Shown: positions 36,146 to 50,046 of the stretch, one piece after another
Layout of the letters: each line of letters opens with the position of its first letter
Numbering within the stretch: the stretch's first letter is position 1
Assembly: GCA_032718475.1 (NCBI GenBank)
Contig: JAUCBJ010006520.1
Coordinates: forward strand, 22,248-86,247
Reading direction: 5' to 3'
Origin: Nemertoderma westbladi
Lineage: Eukaryota; Animalia; Xenacoelomorpha
Length of the DNA: 64,000 nucleotides
Made by a program: the position numbers and the translations under genes
The notes under the pieces: model-generated
What the model was told of the DNA's origin: nothing
Databases searched by the model: none
The model's input: only the letters and a program-made list of their open reading frames with translations

Positions 36146-39100
36146 AATATCTACAATGACTGATAACCTGAACTTAGCATTCATAATATCTACAATGACT
36201 GATAACCTGAACTTAGCATTCATAATATCTACAATGACTGATAACCTGAACTTAGCATTCATAATATCTACAATGACTGATAACCTGAACTTAGCAGTCA
36301 TAATATCTACAATGACTGATAACCTGAACTTAGCATTCATAATAATATCTACAATGACTGATAACCTGAACTTAGCATTCATAATATCTACAATGACTGA
36401 TAACCTGAACTTAGCATTCATAATATCTACAATGACTGATAACCTGAACTTAGCATTCATAATAATATCTACAATGACTGATAACCTGAACTTAGCATTC
36501 ATAATATCTACAATGACTGATAACCTGAACTTAGCATTCATAATATCTACAATGACTGATAACCTGAACTTAGCATTCATAATATCTACTATGACTGATA
36601 ACCTGAACTTAGCAGTCATAATAATAATATCTACAATGACTGATAACCTGAACTTAGCATTCATAATATCTACAATGACTGATAACCTGAACTTAGCATT
36701 CATAATATCTACAATGACTGATAACCTGAACTTAGCATTCATAATATCTACAATGACTGATAACCTGAACTTAGCAGTCATAATAATATCTACAATGACT
36801 GATAACCTGAACTTAGCATTCATAATATCTACAATGACTGATAACCTGAACTTAGCAGTCATAATATTATCTACAATGACTGATAACCTGAACTTAGCAT
36901 TCATAATATCTACAATGACTGATAACCTGAACTTAGCAGTCATAATATCTACAATGACTGATAACCTGAACTTAGCACAGTAGCATTCATAATATTATCT
37001 ACAATGACTGATAACCTGAACTTAGCACAGTAGCATTCATAATAATATCTACAATGACTGATAACCTGAACTTAGCATTCATAATATCTACAATGACTGA
37101 TAACCTGAACTTAGCATTCATAATATCTACAATGATTGATAACCTGAACTTAGCAGTCATAATATCTACAATGACTGATAACATGAACTTAGCATTCATA
37201 ATAATATCTACAATGACTGATAACCTGAACTTAGCACAGTAGCATTCATAATAATATCTACAATGACTGATAACCTGAACTTAGCACAGTAGCATTCATA
37301 ATAATATCTACAATGACTGATAACCTGAACTTAGCACAGTAGCATTCATAATAATATCTACAATGACTGATAACCTGAACTTAGCACAGTAGCATTCATA
37401 ATAATATCTACAATGACTGATAACCTGAACTTAGCAGTCATAATATCTACAATGACTGATAACCTGAACTTAGCATTCATAATAATATCTACAATGACTG
37501 ATAACCTGAACTTAGCAGTCATAATATCTACAATGACTGATAACCTGAACTTAGCATTCATAATAATATCTACAATGACTGATAACCTGAACTTAGCATT
37601 CATAATATCTACAATGACTGATAACCTGAACTTAGCATTCATAATATCTACAATGACTGATAACCTGAACTTAGCATTCATAATAATATCTACAATGACT
37701 GATAACCTGAACTTAGCATTCATAATATCTACAATGACTGATAACCTGAACTTAGCATTCATAATATCTACAATGACTGATAACCTGAACTTAGCATTCA
37801 TAATATCTACTATGACTGATAACCTGAACTTAGCAGTCATAATAATAATATCTACAATGACTGATAACCTGAACTTAGCATTCATAATATCTACAATGAC
37901 TGATAACCTGAACTTAGCATTCATAATATCTACAATGACTGATAACCTGAACTTAGCATTCATAATATCTACAATGACTGATAACCTGAACTTAGCAGTC
38001 ATAATAATATCTACAATGACTGATAACCTGAACTTAGCATTCATAATATCTACAATGACTGATAACCTGAACTTAGCAGTCATAATATTATCTACAATGA
38101 CTGATAACCTGAACTTAGCATTCATAATATCTACAATGACTGATAACCTGAACTTAGCAGTCATAATATCTACAATGACTGATAACCTGAACTTAGCACA
38201 GTAGCATTCATAATATTATCTACAATGACTGATAACCTGAACTTAGCACAGTAGCATTCATAATAATATCTACAATGACTGATAACCTGAACTTAGCATT
38301 CATAATATCTACAATGACTGATAACCTGAACTTAGCATTCATAATATCTACAATGATTGATAACCTGAACTTAGCAGTCATAATATCTACAATGACTGAT
38401 AACATGAACTTAGCATTCATAATAATATCTACAATGACTGATAACCTGAACTTAGCACAGTAGCATTCATAATAATATCTACAATGACTGATAACCTGAA
38501 CTTAGCACAGTAGCATTCATAATAATATCTACAATGACTGATAACCTGAACTTAGCACAGTAGCATTCATAATAATATCTACAATGACTGATAACCTGAA
38601 CTTAGCACAGTAGCATTCATAATAATATCTACAATGACTGATAACCTGAACTTAGCAGTCATAATATCTACAATGACTGATAACCTGAACTTAGCATTCA
38701 TAATAATATCTACAATGACTGATAACCTGAACTTAGCAGTCATAATATCTACAATGACTGATAACCTGAACTTAGCATTCATAATAATATCTACAATGAC
38801 TGATAACCTGAACTTAGCATTCATAATATCTACAATGACTGATAACCTGAACTTAGCATTCATAATATCTACAATGACTGATAACCTGAACTTAGCATTC
38901 ATAATAATATCTACAATGACTGATAACCTGAACTTAGCATTCATAATATCTACAATGACTGATAACCTGAACTTAGCATTCATAATATCTACAATGACTG
39001 ATAACCTGAACTTAGCATTCATAATATCTACTATGACTGATAACCTGAACTTAGCAGTCATAATAATAATATCTACAATGACTGATAACCTGAACTTAGC

Positions 39101-42100
39101 ATTCATAATATCTACAATGACTGATAACCTGAACTTAGCATTCATAATATCTACAATGACTGATAACCTGAACTTAGCATTCATAATATCTACAATGACT
39201 GATAACCTGAACTTAGCAGTCATAATAATATCTACAATGACTGATAACCTGAACTTAGCATTCATAATATCTACAATGACTGATAACCTGAACTTAGCAG
39301 TCATAATATTATCTACAATGACTGATAACCTGAACTTAGCATTCATAATATCTACAATGACTGATAACCTGAACTTAGCAGTCATAATATCTACAATGAC
39401 TGATAACCTGAACTTAGCACAGTAGCATTCATAATATTATCTACAATGACTGATAACCTGAACTTAGCACAGTAGCATTCATAATAATATCTACAATGAC
39501 TGATAACCTGAACTTAGCATTCATAATATCTACAATGACTGATAACCTGAACTTAGCATTCATAATATCTACAATGATTGATAACCTGAACTTAGCAGTC
39601 ATAATATCTACAATGACTGATAACATGAACTTAGCATTCATAATAATATCTACAATGACTGATAACCTGAACTTAGCACAGTAGCATTCATAATAATATC
39701 TACAATGACTGATAACCTGAACTTAGCACAGTAGCATTCATAATAATATCTACAATGACTGATAACCTGAACTTAGCACAGTAGCATTCATAATAATATC
39801 TACAATGACTGATAACCTGAACTTAGCACAGTAGCATTCATAATAATATCTACAATGACTGATAACCTGAACTTAGCAGTCATAATATCTACAATGACTG
39901 ATAACCTGAACTTAGCATTCATAATAATATCTACAATGACTGATAACCTGAACTTAGCAGTCATAATATCTACAATGACTGATAACCTGAACTTAGCATT
40001 CATAATAATATCTACAATGACTGATAACCTGAACTTAGCATTCATAATATCTACAATGACTGATAACCTGAACTTAGCATTCATAATATCTACAATGACT
40101 GATAACCTGAACTTAGCATTCATAATAATATCTACAATGACTGATAACCTGAACTTAGCATTCATAATATCTACAATGACTGATAACCTGAACTTAGCAT
40201 TCATAATATCTACAATGACTGATAACCTGAACTTAGCATTCATAATATCTACTATGACTGATAACCTGAACTTAGCAGTCATAATAATAATATCTACAAT
40301 GACTGATAACCTGAACTTAGCATTCATAATATCTACAATGACTGATAACCTGAACTTAGCATTCATAATATCTACAATGACTGATAACCTGAACTTAGCA
40401 TTCATAATATCTACAATGACTGATAACCTGAACTTAGCAGTCATAATAATATCTACAATGACTGATAACCTGAACTTAGCATTCATAATATCTACAATGA
40501 CTGATAACCTGAACTTAGCAGTCATAATATTATCTACAATGACTGATAACCTGAACTTAGCATTCATAATATCTACAATGACTGATAACCTGAACTTAGC
40601 AGTCATAATATCTACAATGACTGATAACCTGAACTTAGCACAGTAGCATTCATAATATTATCTACAATGACTGATAACCTGAACTTAGCACAGTAGCATT
40701 CATAATAATATCTACAATGACTGATAACCTGAACTTAGCATTCATAATATCTACAATGACTGATAACCTGAACTTAGCATTCATAATATCTACAATGATT
40801 GATAACCTGAACTTAGCAGTCATAATATCTACAATGACTGATAACATGAACTTAGCATTCATAATAATATCTACAATGACTGATAACCTGAACTTAGCAC
40901 AGTAGCATTCATAATAATATCTACAATGACTGATAACCTGAACTTAGCACAGTAGCATTCATAATAATATCTACAATGACTGATAACCTGAACTTAGCAC
41001 AGTAGCATTCATAATAATATCTACAATGACTGATAACCTGAACTTAGCACAGTAGCATTCATAATAATATCTACAATGACTGATAACCTGAACTTAGCAG
41101 TCATAATATCTACAATGACTGATAACCTGAACTTAGCATTCATAATAATATCTACAATGACTGATAACCTGAACTTAGCAGTCATAATATCTACAATGAC
41201 TGATAACCTGAACTTAGCATTCATAATAATATCTACAATGACTGATAACCTGAACTTAGCATTCATAATATCTACAATGACTGATAACCTGAACTTAGCA
41301 TTCATAATATCTACAATGACTGATAACCTGAACTTAGCATTCATAATAATATCTACAATGACTGATAACCTGAACTTAGCATTCATAATATCTACAATGA
41401 CTGATAACCTGAACTTAGCATTCATAATATCTACAATGACTGATAACCTGAACTTAGCATTCATAATATCTACTATGACTGATAACCTGAACTTAGCAGT
41501 CATAATAATAATATCTACAATGACTGATAACCTGAACTTAGCATTCATAATATCTACAATGACTGATAACCTGAACTTAGCATTCATAATATCTACAATG
41601 ACTGATAACCTGAACTTAGCATTCATAATATCTACAATGACTGATAACCTGAACTTAGCAGTCATAATAATATCTACAATGACTGATAACCTGAACTTAG
41701 CATTCATAATATCTACAATGACTGATAACCTGAACTTAGCAGTCATAATATTATCTACAATGACTGATAACCTGAACTTAGCATTCATAATATCTACAAT
41801 GACTGATAACCTGAACTTAGCAGTCATAATATCTACAATGACTGATAACCTGAACTTAGCACAGTAGCATTCATAATATTATCTACAATGACTGATAACC
41901 TGAACTTAGCACAGTAGCATTCATAATAATATCTACAATGACTGATAACCTGAACTTAGCATTCATAATATCTACAATGACTGATAACCTGAACTTAGCA
42001 TTCATAATATCTACAATGATTGATAACCTGAACTTAGCAGTCATAATATCTACAATGACTGATAACATGAACTTAGCATTCATAATAATATCTACAATGA

Positions 42101-45070
42101 CTGATAACCTGAACTTAGCACAGTAGCATTCATAATAATATCTACAATGACTGATAACCTGAACTTAGCACAGTAGCATTCATAATAATATCTACAATGA
42201 CTGATAACCTGAACTTAGCACAGTAGCATTCATAATAATATCTACAATGACTGATAACCTGAACTTAGCACAGTAGCATTCATAATAATATCTACAATGA
42301 CTGATAACCTGAACTTAGCAGTCATAATATCTACAATGACTGATAACCTGAACTTAGCATTCATAATAATATCTACAATGACTGATAACCTGAACTTAGC
42401 AGTCATAATATCTACAATGACTGATAACCTGAACTTAGCACAGTAGCATTCAAAATAATATCTACAATGACTGATAACCTGAACTTAGCATTCATTTTAT
42501 ATTACAATGACTGATAACCTGAACTTAGCAGTCATAATATCTACAATGACTGATAACCTGAACTTAGCACAGTAGCATTCATAATAATATCTACAATGGC
42601 TGATAACCTGAACTTAGCATTCATAATAATATCTACAATGACTGATAACCTGAACTTAGCAGTCATAATATCTACAATGACTGATAACCTGAACTTAGCA
42701 CAGTAGCATTCATAATAATATCTACAATGGCTGATAACCTGAACTTAGCATTCATAATAATATCTACAATGACTGATAACCTGAACTTAGCAGTCATAAT
42801 ATCTACAATGACTGATAACCTGAACTTAGCAGTCATAATATCTACAATGACTGATAACCTGAACTTAGCATTCATAATATCTACAATGACTGATAACCTG
42901 TACTTAGCACAGTAGCATTCATAATAATATCTACAATGACTGATAACCTGAACTTAGCAGTCATAATATCTACAATGACTGATAACCTGAACTTAGCATT
43001 CATAATAATATCTACAATGACTGATAACCTGAACTTAGCAGTCATAATATCTACAATGACTGATAACCTGAACTTAGCACAGTAGCATTCAAAATAATAT
43101 CTACAATGACTGATAACCTGAACTTAGCATTCATTTTATATTACAATGACTGATAACCTGAACTTAGCAGTCATAATATCTACAATGACTGATAACCTGA
43201 ACTTAGCACAGTAGCATTCATAATAATATCTACAATGGCTGATAACCTGAACTTAGCATTCATAATAGCTACAATGACTGATAACCTGAACTTAGCATTC
43301 ATAATATCTACAATGACTGATAACCTGAACTTAGCATTCATAATATCTACAATGACTGATAACCTGAACTTAGCAGTCATAATATCTACAATGACTGATA
43401 ACCTGAACTTAGCATTCATAATATCTACAATGACTGATAACCTGAACTTAGCACAGTAGCATTCATAATAATATCTACAATGACTGATAACCTGAACTTA
43501 GCATTCATAATAATATCTACAATGACTGATAACCTGAACTTAGCATTCATAATATCTACAATGACTGATAACCTGAACTTAGCATTCATAATATCTACAA
43601 TGACTGATAACCTGAACTTAGCATTCATAATATCTACAATTACTGATAACCTGAACTTAGCACAGTAGCATTCATAATAATATCTACAATGACTGATAAC
43701 CTGAACTTAGCATTCATAAAAATATCTACAATGACTGATAACCTGAACTTAGCATTCATAATATCTACAATGACTGATGCCCTCAACTTAGCATTCATAA
43801 TATCTACAATGACTGATAACCTGAACTTAGCATTCATAATAATATCTACAATGACTGATAATCTGAACTTAGTATTCATAATATCTACAATGACTGATAA
43901 CCTGAACTTAGCAGTCATAATATCTACAATGACTGATAACCTGAACTTAGCATTCATAATAATATCTACAATGACTGATAACCTGAACTTAGCATTCATA
44001 ATATCTACAATGAATGATAACCTGAACTTAGCAGTCATAATATCTACAATGACTGATAACCTGAACTTAGCATTCATAATATCTACAATGACTGATAACC
44101 TGAACTTAGCATTCATAATATCTACAATGACTGATAACCTGAACTTAGCATTCATAATATCTACAATGACTGATAACCTGAACTTAGCATTCATAATATC
44201 TACAATGACTGCTAACCTGAACTTAGCATTCATAATAATATCTACAATGACTGATTACCTGAACTTAGCATTCATAACATCTACAATGACTGATAACCTG
44301 AACTTAGCATTCATAATATCTACAATGACTGCTAACCTGAACTTAGCATTCATAATAATATCTACAATGACTGATAACCTGAACTTAGCATTCATAATAT
44401 CTACAATGACTGATAACCTGAACTTAGCATTCATAATATCTACAATGACTGATAACCTGAACTTAGCATTCATAATATCTACAATGACTGATAACCTGAA
44501 CTTAGCATTCATAATATCTACAATGACTGCTAACCTGAACTTAGCATTCATAATAATATCTACAATGACTGATTACCTGAACTTAGCATTCATAACATCT
44601 ACAATGACTGATAACCTGAACTTAGCATTCATAATATCTACAATGACTGATAACCTGAACTTAGCATTCATAATAATATCTACAATGACTGATAACCTGA
44701 ACTTAGCATTCATAATATCTACAATGACTGATAACCTGAACTTAGCATTCATAATATCTACAATGACTGCTAACCTGAACTTAGCATTCATAATAATATC
44801 TACAATGACTGATTACCTGAACTTAGCATTCATAACATCTACAATGACTGATAACCTGAACTTAGCATTCATAATATCTACAATGACTGCTAACCTGAAC
44901 TTAGCATTCATAATAATATCTACAATGACTGATAACCTGAACTTAGCATTCATAATATCTACAATGACTGATAACCTGAACTTAGCAGTCATAATATCTA
45001 CAATGTGTGATAACCTGAACTTAGCATTCATAATAATATCTACAATGACTGATAACCCGAACTTAGCATT
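36146..45070. repeat. About 8.9-kb satellite of a 39-bp monomer (AATATCTACAATGACTGATAACCTGAACTTAGCATTCAT; 42/45/50-bp variants) with a 1221-bp higher-order repeat
   Basis: Monomer periodicity seen directly; identical ORF-track entries recur at 36999, 38220, 39441, 40662 and 41883 (step 1221). Confidence 0.98.
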
Positions 45071-45187
45071 CTCTAATGCCTTTTTTATTATCATAGAAGC
45101 ATCTAATTCAAGCGCTTTCTTATTGGTTGAATATTCAAATATTTTAATCGTCCAATCAGATACTGCTATGTTCTAACGCCTCTAAAT

Positions 45188-46011
45188 GTGGCTGTGAAAG
45201 CGAAAATGTACCTTAAGGTGAAAATGAGGTTTTTGAGTTAGATATTGCATGTGATTGGCCAACATCTCAGCTCTCTAATGAGCTATAAATCATCCTGATT
45301 GGATGAGTACATCAAGAGTTATTAGAATTTAAGTATTGGCAAGACAACCAGATGGAAAATATACTATTATGAGTAAATCGCGTTTAAAGTTTTTTTTGTA
45401 TTTTAATAGTTTAATAGTTTTATTACTTACAAAATATCTTGAAAGTGAGTTTGCTAAATTGGAGTGGGGCGGGGGTTGGGTTGTGATGTGATGTTGAGGC
45501 TTGAGGGGCAAAATGTGTAACAGGAATGTGCATTAGCAAACTAATGAACAACTACGCGGCCTTATTTTCTAGCCAGGACTTCGAGCAGCACGTGAACAAC
45601 TATGCTGGGTTTTTATCTAGTCTGGGACTCCGAGCAGTACATGAACAACTAAGAGACCGATTGACAAGCAAACATATTGAAAATAACTGGAAGATAGTTT
45701 TATATTGGAATAATAAGGCATATAAATTAATTTATAAGAGTAAATCTACATAGAACAACATAATATCTATCAGGAATGAAATTTAAATTTTCAAAACTTC
45801 TGACTACCCTCAATCAAAGCTGACTATCTCCAAAACTAAGCTAGCTGTTAACATACCGTTAACAGATTTGGATTCCTCATTAAAAACTGCATATATCACA
45901 TTGAAAATAAAAAAATTGAAAATTTTGACTTGAAAATTTAATTTTTCTTTAAATACGATTTTCTCAAAACGTCATTTTCACCTTAAGGTACCTTTTCGCT
46001 TTCACCGCCAC
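45188..46011. mobile_element. MITE with about 45-bp TIRs and 4-bp TSD AAAT (Sola1-like)
   Basis: GTGGCTGTGAAAGCGAAAATGTACCTTAAGGTGAAAATGA mirrored imperfectly at about 45972-46011; AAAT on both flanks fits the AWWT target described for Sola1. Confidence 0.7.
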
Positions 46012-47027
46012 AAATGTTGACATGGCAGCAAGCAGCCCTCGGGTGCAGCATTCATTACTAGGACTACATTATTTTAATTGAGCACAATAAAATAGTCCAT
46101 CAGTAAATCTTAGTGTATGGGTGGGAAATCAGCATTAGGACTACTTAAAACTGAAAGTAAAATCCCACAGTAGTACTACAGTCGAAAATGATAATTGGTT
46201 TTGCTTGCAGTTGCGCAAAGACCAAAGCATAAAATATGGCTGTATGGTATGACACCATGGCCTACTACACACATTAATTAGTACCGGTACCGGTATCAAT
46301 ATTAAATACCGGTAATTTACTTTTGAGTCATGTCAATGGGTCCGGTCAGTAGCCACTTCTTTATTGCTCGTTTTAATTAAGACAGTCAAACTACGTCTTG
46401 TGATCGTCAATGATGGAAAAGTTATCAGGCCACTGTTCAGTTCAGTTCAGCAGTTGTTTAGAAGGCCGTGATCTCAAACTATTATTTATCTATTATTTCC
46501 AAGTCCATGTCTTATTCCTTGAGTACTGGAGTAGGCCTAAGTCATTTACTGCGCTACAGCGCTGTGTCCCTGTGCCCCCCTTACCTTACCGCATTACCGG
46601 ACAATTAACAGATTAAAGGGCTAAACTAAATAAACCAATGCAACATGCTATTTTGCGCTGCGCAGCGCATGGTAATGTAATAAAGTCCTATGCAAGGGTA
46701 TCGGTAAGTTTGTATGTACAGTACTTTTAGCTTTTACCAGATACCGATAGGGGCAGAGGGGGGGGGGGGGGGGGGACTTTCGGCGCAATAAAAATTCATC
46801 CCACTGCCACTCCAGGGGAAATTCGACGCAAATAACAGCTGATTACTCTCAAAAATAAATATAATAATATCAGTATATTGTGCCACTGTAACCTGCTCCT
46901 TTCCCTAAATTTAGAATTTAACATTGAGGCGGGAAATTACGGTAATTCGCCAAGGATTTGCGTCAAGGTTTTGATTTATATAACATATGATAGTTTTAGT
47001 TATCGTGTGAAGTGTGAGTGCTGAGGG

Positions 47028-48246
47028 ATGGCAGAAAGCGGTGCTTCTATGCGGTTTACTCGAGACAAGCCGCTACCCAAGGATCGGTTACAGGAACTCA
47101 GATGGGACGGCTGGGGCTACAATGACTCGGGATTTACAGTCAACGATTCCTTAGAGATTGAGTTTACCGGCCAGCGGTATCCGGTGTCGGGGGTTCTGCC
47201 TTACCTGAAGGAATTCATACGCGATAAACTCGGCATCGATATTACCGAGAAGCTTCCTCCTTCGCGGCAGTTCGATGCCTCGCTGGTTCCGGAGCCCGTT
47301 CGCTGTGAGGAGTTCCACCGGGAGCTGGAACTCTCCGCGATTCCGTGGTCCGACAGTCCGTCCGACCGGCTGTTCCGCGGACACGGACACTGTCTGCACG
47401 AGATAGCGGAACTCCGTCTCCGGTCTGGGACGCTGCATCGGGTCCCGGACCTCGTGGTCTGGCCGGGTTGCCATGCCGACGCAGTCTCGCTGGTCGCCAT
47501 GGCTACCAGACACTCGGACTCCATGTGTTTAATCCCGTTCGGCGGGGGTACCGCCGTGTCCGGAGCTGTCCAATGTCCGGAATCGGAAAGGCGTTGCATA
47601 GTCGCAGTGGATACAACCCAGATGCGACGTGTCCTCTGGGTAGACAGGCCGAATCTTTTGGTCCGAGCCGAATCCGGTATAACCGGACAGGATCTGGAAG
47701 CCGAGCTGTCCAAGTTGGGTCTGTGTACGGGACACGAGCCGGACTCATTGGAGTTCAGCACGCTGGGCGGGTGGGTGGCGACTCGAGCGAGCGGGATGAA
47801 GAAGAATCTATACGGGAACATCGAGGACTTGGTGGTCCATCTGCGGTGCGTGACTCCCCGCGGGGTGGTGGAGAAGGCCTGTCTGGGACCCCGGATGTCC
47901 GCCGGGCCGGACGTCTACCAGTACATCCTCGGCTCCGAGGGGACTCTCGGCTTAGTAACCGAGGTCGTCCTCAAGGTTCGACCGCTCCCTCCCTGCCGTC
48001 GCTACGCCTCCTTTCTGTTCCCCACGTTCGCGGCCGGTGTTGGCTTCCTCCGAGAGGTCGCCCTACGCCGTTGTCCTCCCGCCTCTATACGGCTGATGGA
48101 TAACCTCCAGTTCCAGTTCGGGATGTCTCTGAAACAACCCGTGGGTTTCTATCGCGGCTTGAAGAACTCCTTCCTGCGATTCTACATAACCAAACTCCGA
48201 GGTTTCGAGCCCACGGAGATGTGTCTCTGTACCGCGCTATTCGAAG
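47028..48246 (+). CDS. AGPS: Alkyldihydroxyacetonephosphate synthase (peroxisomal, FAD-linked), coding exon 1
   Basis: LRWDGWGYNDS, RGHGHCLHEI, IPFGGGTAVS, GHEPDSLEFSTLGGWVATRASGMKKNLYGNIEDLV, GSEGTLG, PASIRLMDN motifs; in-frame TGA two codons before the ATG; donor G|GTAAGA. Confidence 0.97.
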
Positions 48247-48464
48247 GTAAGATACGTTAGTGTGCGAAGTGAAATATTGTGTATAAAATTTAGCTGCACT
48301 GTAAATGGTTACAGATTAATTCTGCAGTTATTGACTGTTTTTGTTTTTATCTCCTAACTGTTAATACTTCTTTATAACATGCCAATATAACCTGATCCTT
48401 TCCTTTAATTTATAATTCAAACATTTTTAATTCACCGAGATAGAAGTCGTGTCAATGCCTACAC

Positions 48465-48828
48465 CCCTACTACCTACACCCCTACCCTACACCCCTACAC
48501 AGTACACACCCTCCCCTTACACTACACCCACCTCCCTTACACCCCATCCCCTCCTCCCCCTTCACCCACCACCCTACACACCCCCCCTACAACCCATCCC
48601 CCTACCTCCCCCCCACCCCCCCTCCCCACCCTACACCCCCACCCTACACCCCTACACACCCTCCCCTTACACTGCACCCCCCTCCCTCACACCCCATCCC
48701 CTCCCACACACTTCACCCCCCACCCTACACCTACACACCCCCCCTACAACCCATCCCCCCTACCCCCCCCCACCCCCCTTCCCTCCCCACCCTACACCCC
48801 CACCCTACCCACCCCCCCTCCACCCCTG
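48465..48828. repeat. C-rich low-complexity/degenerate tandem tract in the AGPS intron
   Basis: Dense CCC runs with ACACCCC/CTAC motifs and an internal duplication of about 130 bp. Confidence 0.85.
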
Positions 48829-48851
48829 TTTATAATTATAAGTCTTCGTGA

Positions 48852-49526
<675 letters not shown>

Positions 49527-49681
49527 CAATAACCCTTTAGTTTCCATCACCAAATCATTTGAGTATTTTAATTTATTAAATTATTCTATTAATATTATTA
49601 TGTAAAATTTTCTGGGGGTATAAATTATTAATTTCCAGTGATTATGTTTGCCTATATTGCCTATATTAATTGTGTTGTTTG

Positions 49682-49687
49682 AATAAA
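49682..49687 (+). promoter_or_regulatory. Candidate polyadenylation signal for AGPS
   Basis: AATAAA about 155 bp after the stop, followed by a GT/T-rich tract. Confidence 0.5.
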
Positions 49688-49744
49688 TCTATAAGGAATT
49701 TCGTTGTTTTTCGATATTAACAAAGTTTTAGTGAGTTGTCGGTG

Positions 49745-50005
49745 AACGTGAAACGTGAATCAACGACTAGTGATATCTCTTACATGTTGGTGGGATGGTT
49801 TCACTCTTACGCCCATGGTTGAACACCCATACACCTACAGCTCCTATTCCTTAACCCCCCCCACCCCCCCCCCCCCCCCCCCCCTATCCGAGGCCGGGTT
49901 CCTATATATTTGGGTTGGCACAACATTTAACGAAATTATAAGTGGTTCGGCACGGGGTCGAACCCGTGACTTCCCAGCTGGTTGACTGGTACCCAAAGTT
50001 ACTGG
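49745..50005 (-). mobile_element. Probable degenerate tRNA-derived SINE
   Basis: Minus strand carries a B-box/T-arm hairpin CACGGGTTCGACCCCGTG; no intact cloverleaf. Confidence 0.45.
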
Positions 50006-50046
50006 ATAGAATCAATCTCGTGGGTCTTTACTAATAATATCTATTA

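Noticed and set aside
36131-45176. Long ORFs (up to 495 aa, MTDNLNLAFIIST / MNAKFRLSVIVDI repeats) on both strands
   Set aside because: A consequence of a 39-bp stop-free monomer; broken by the 50-bp variants, with no unique coding flanks.
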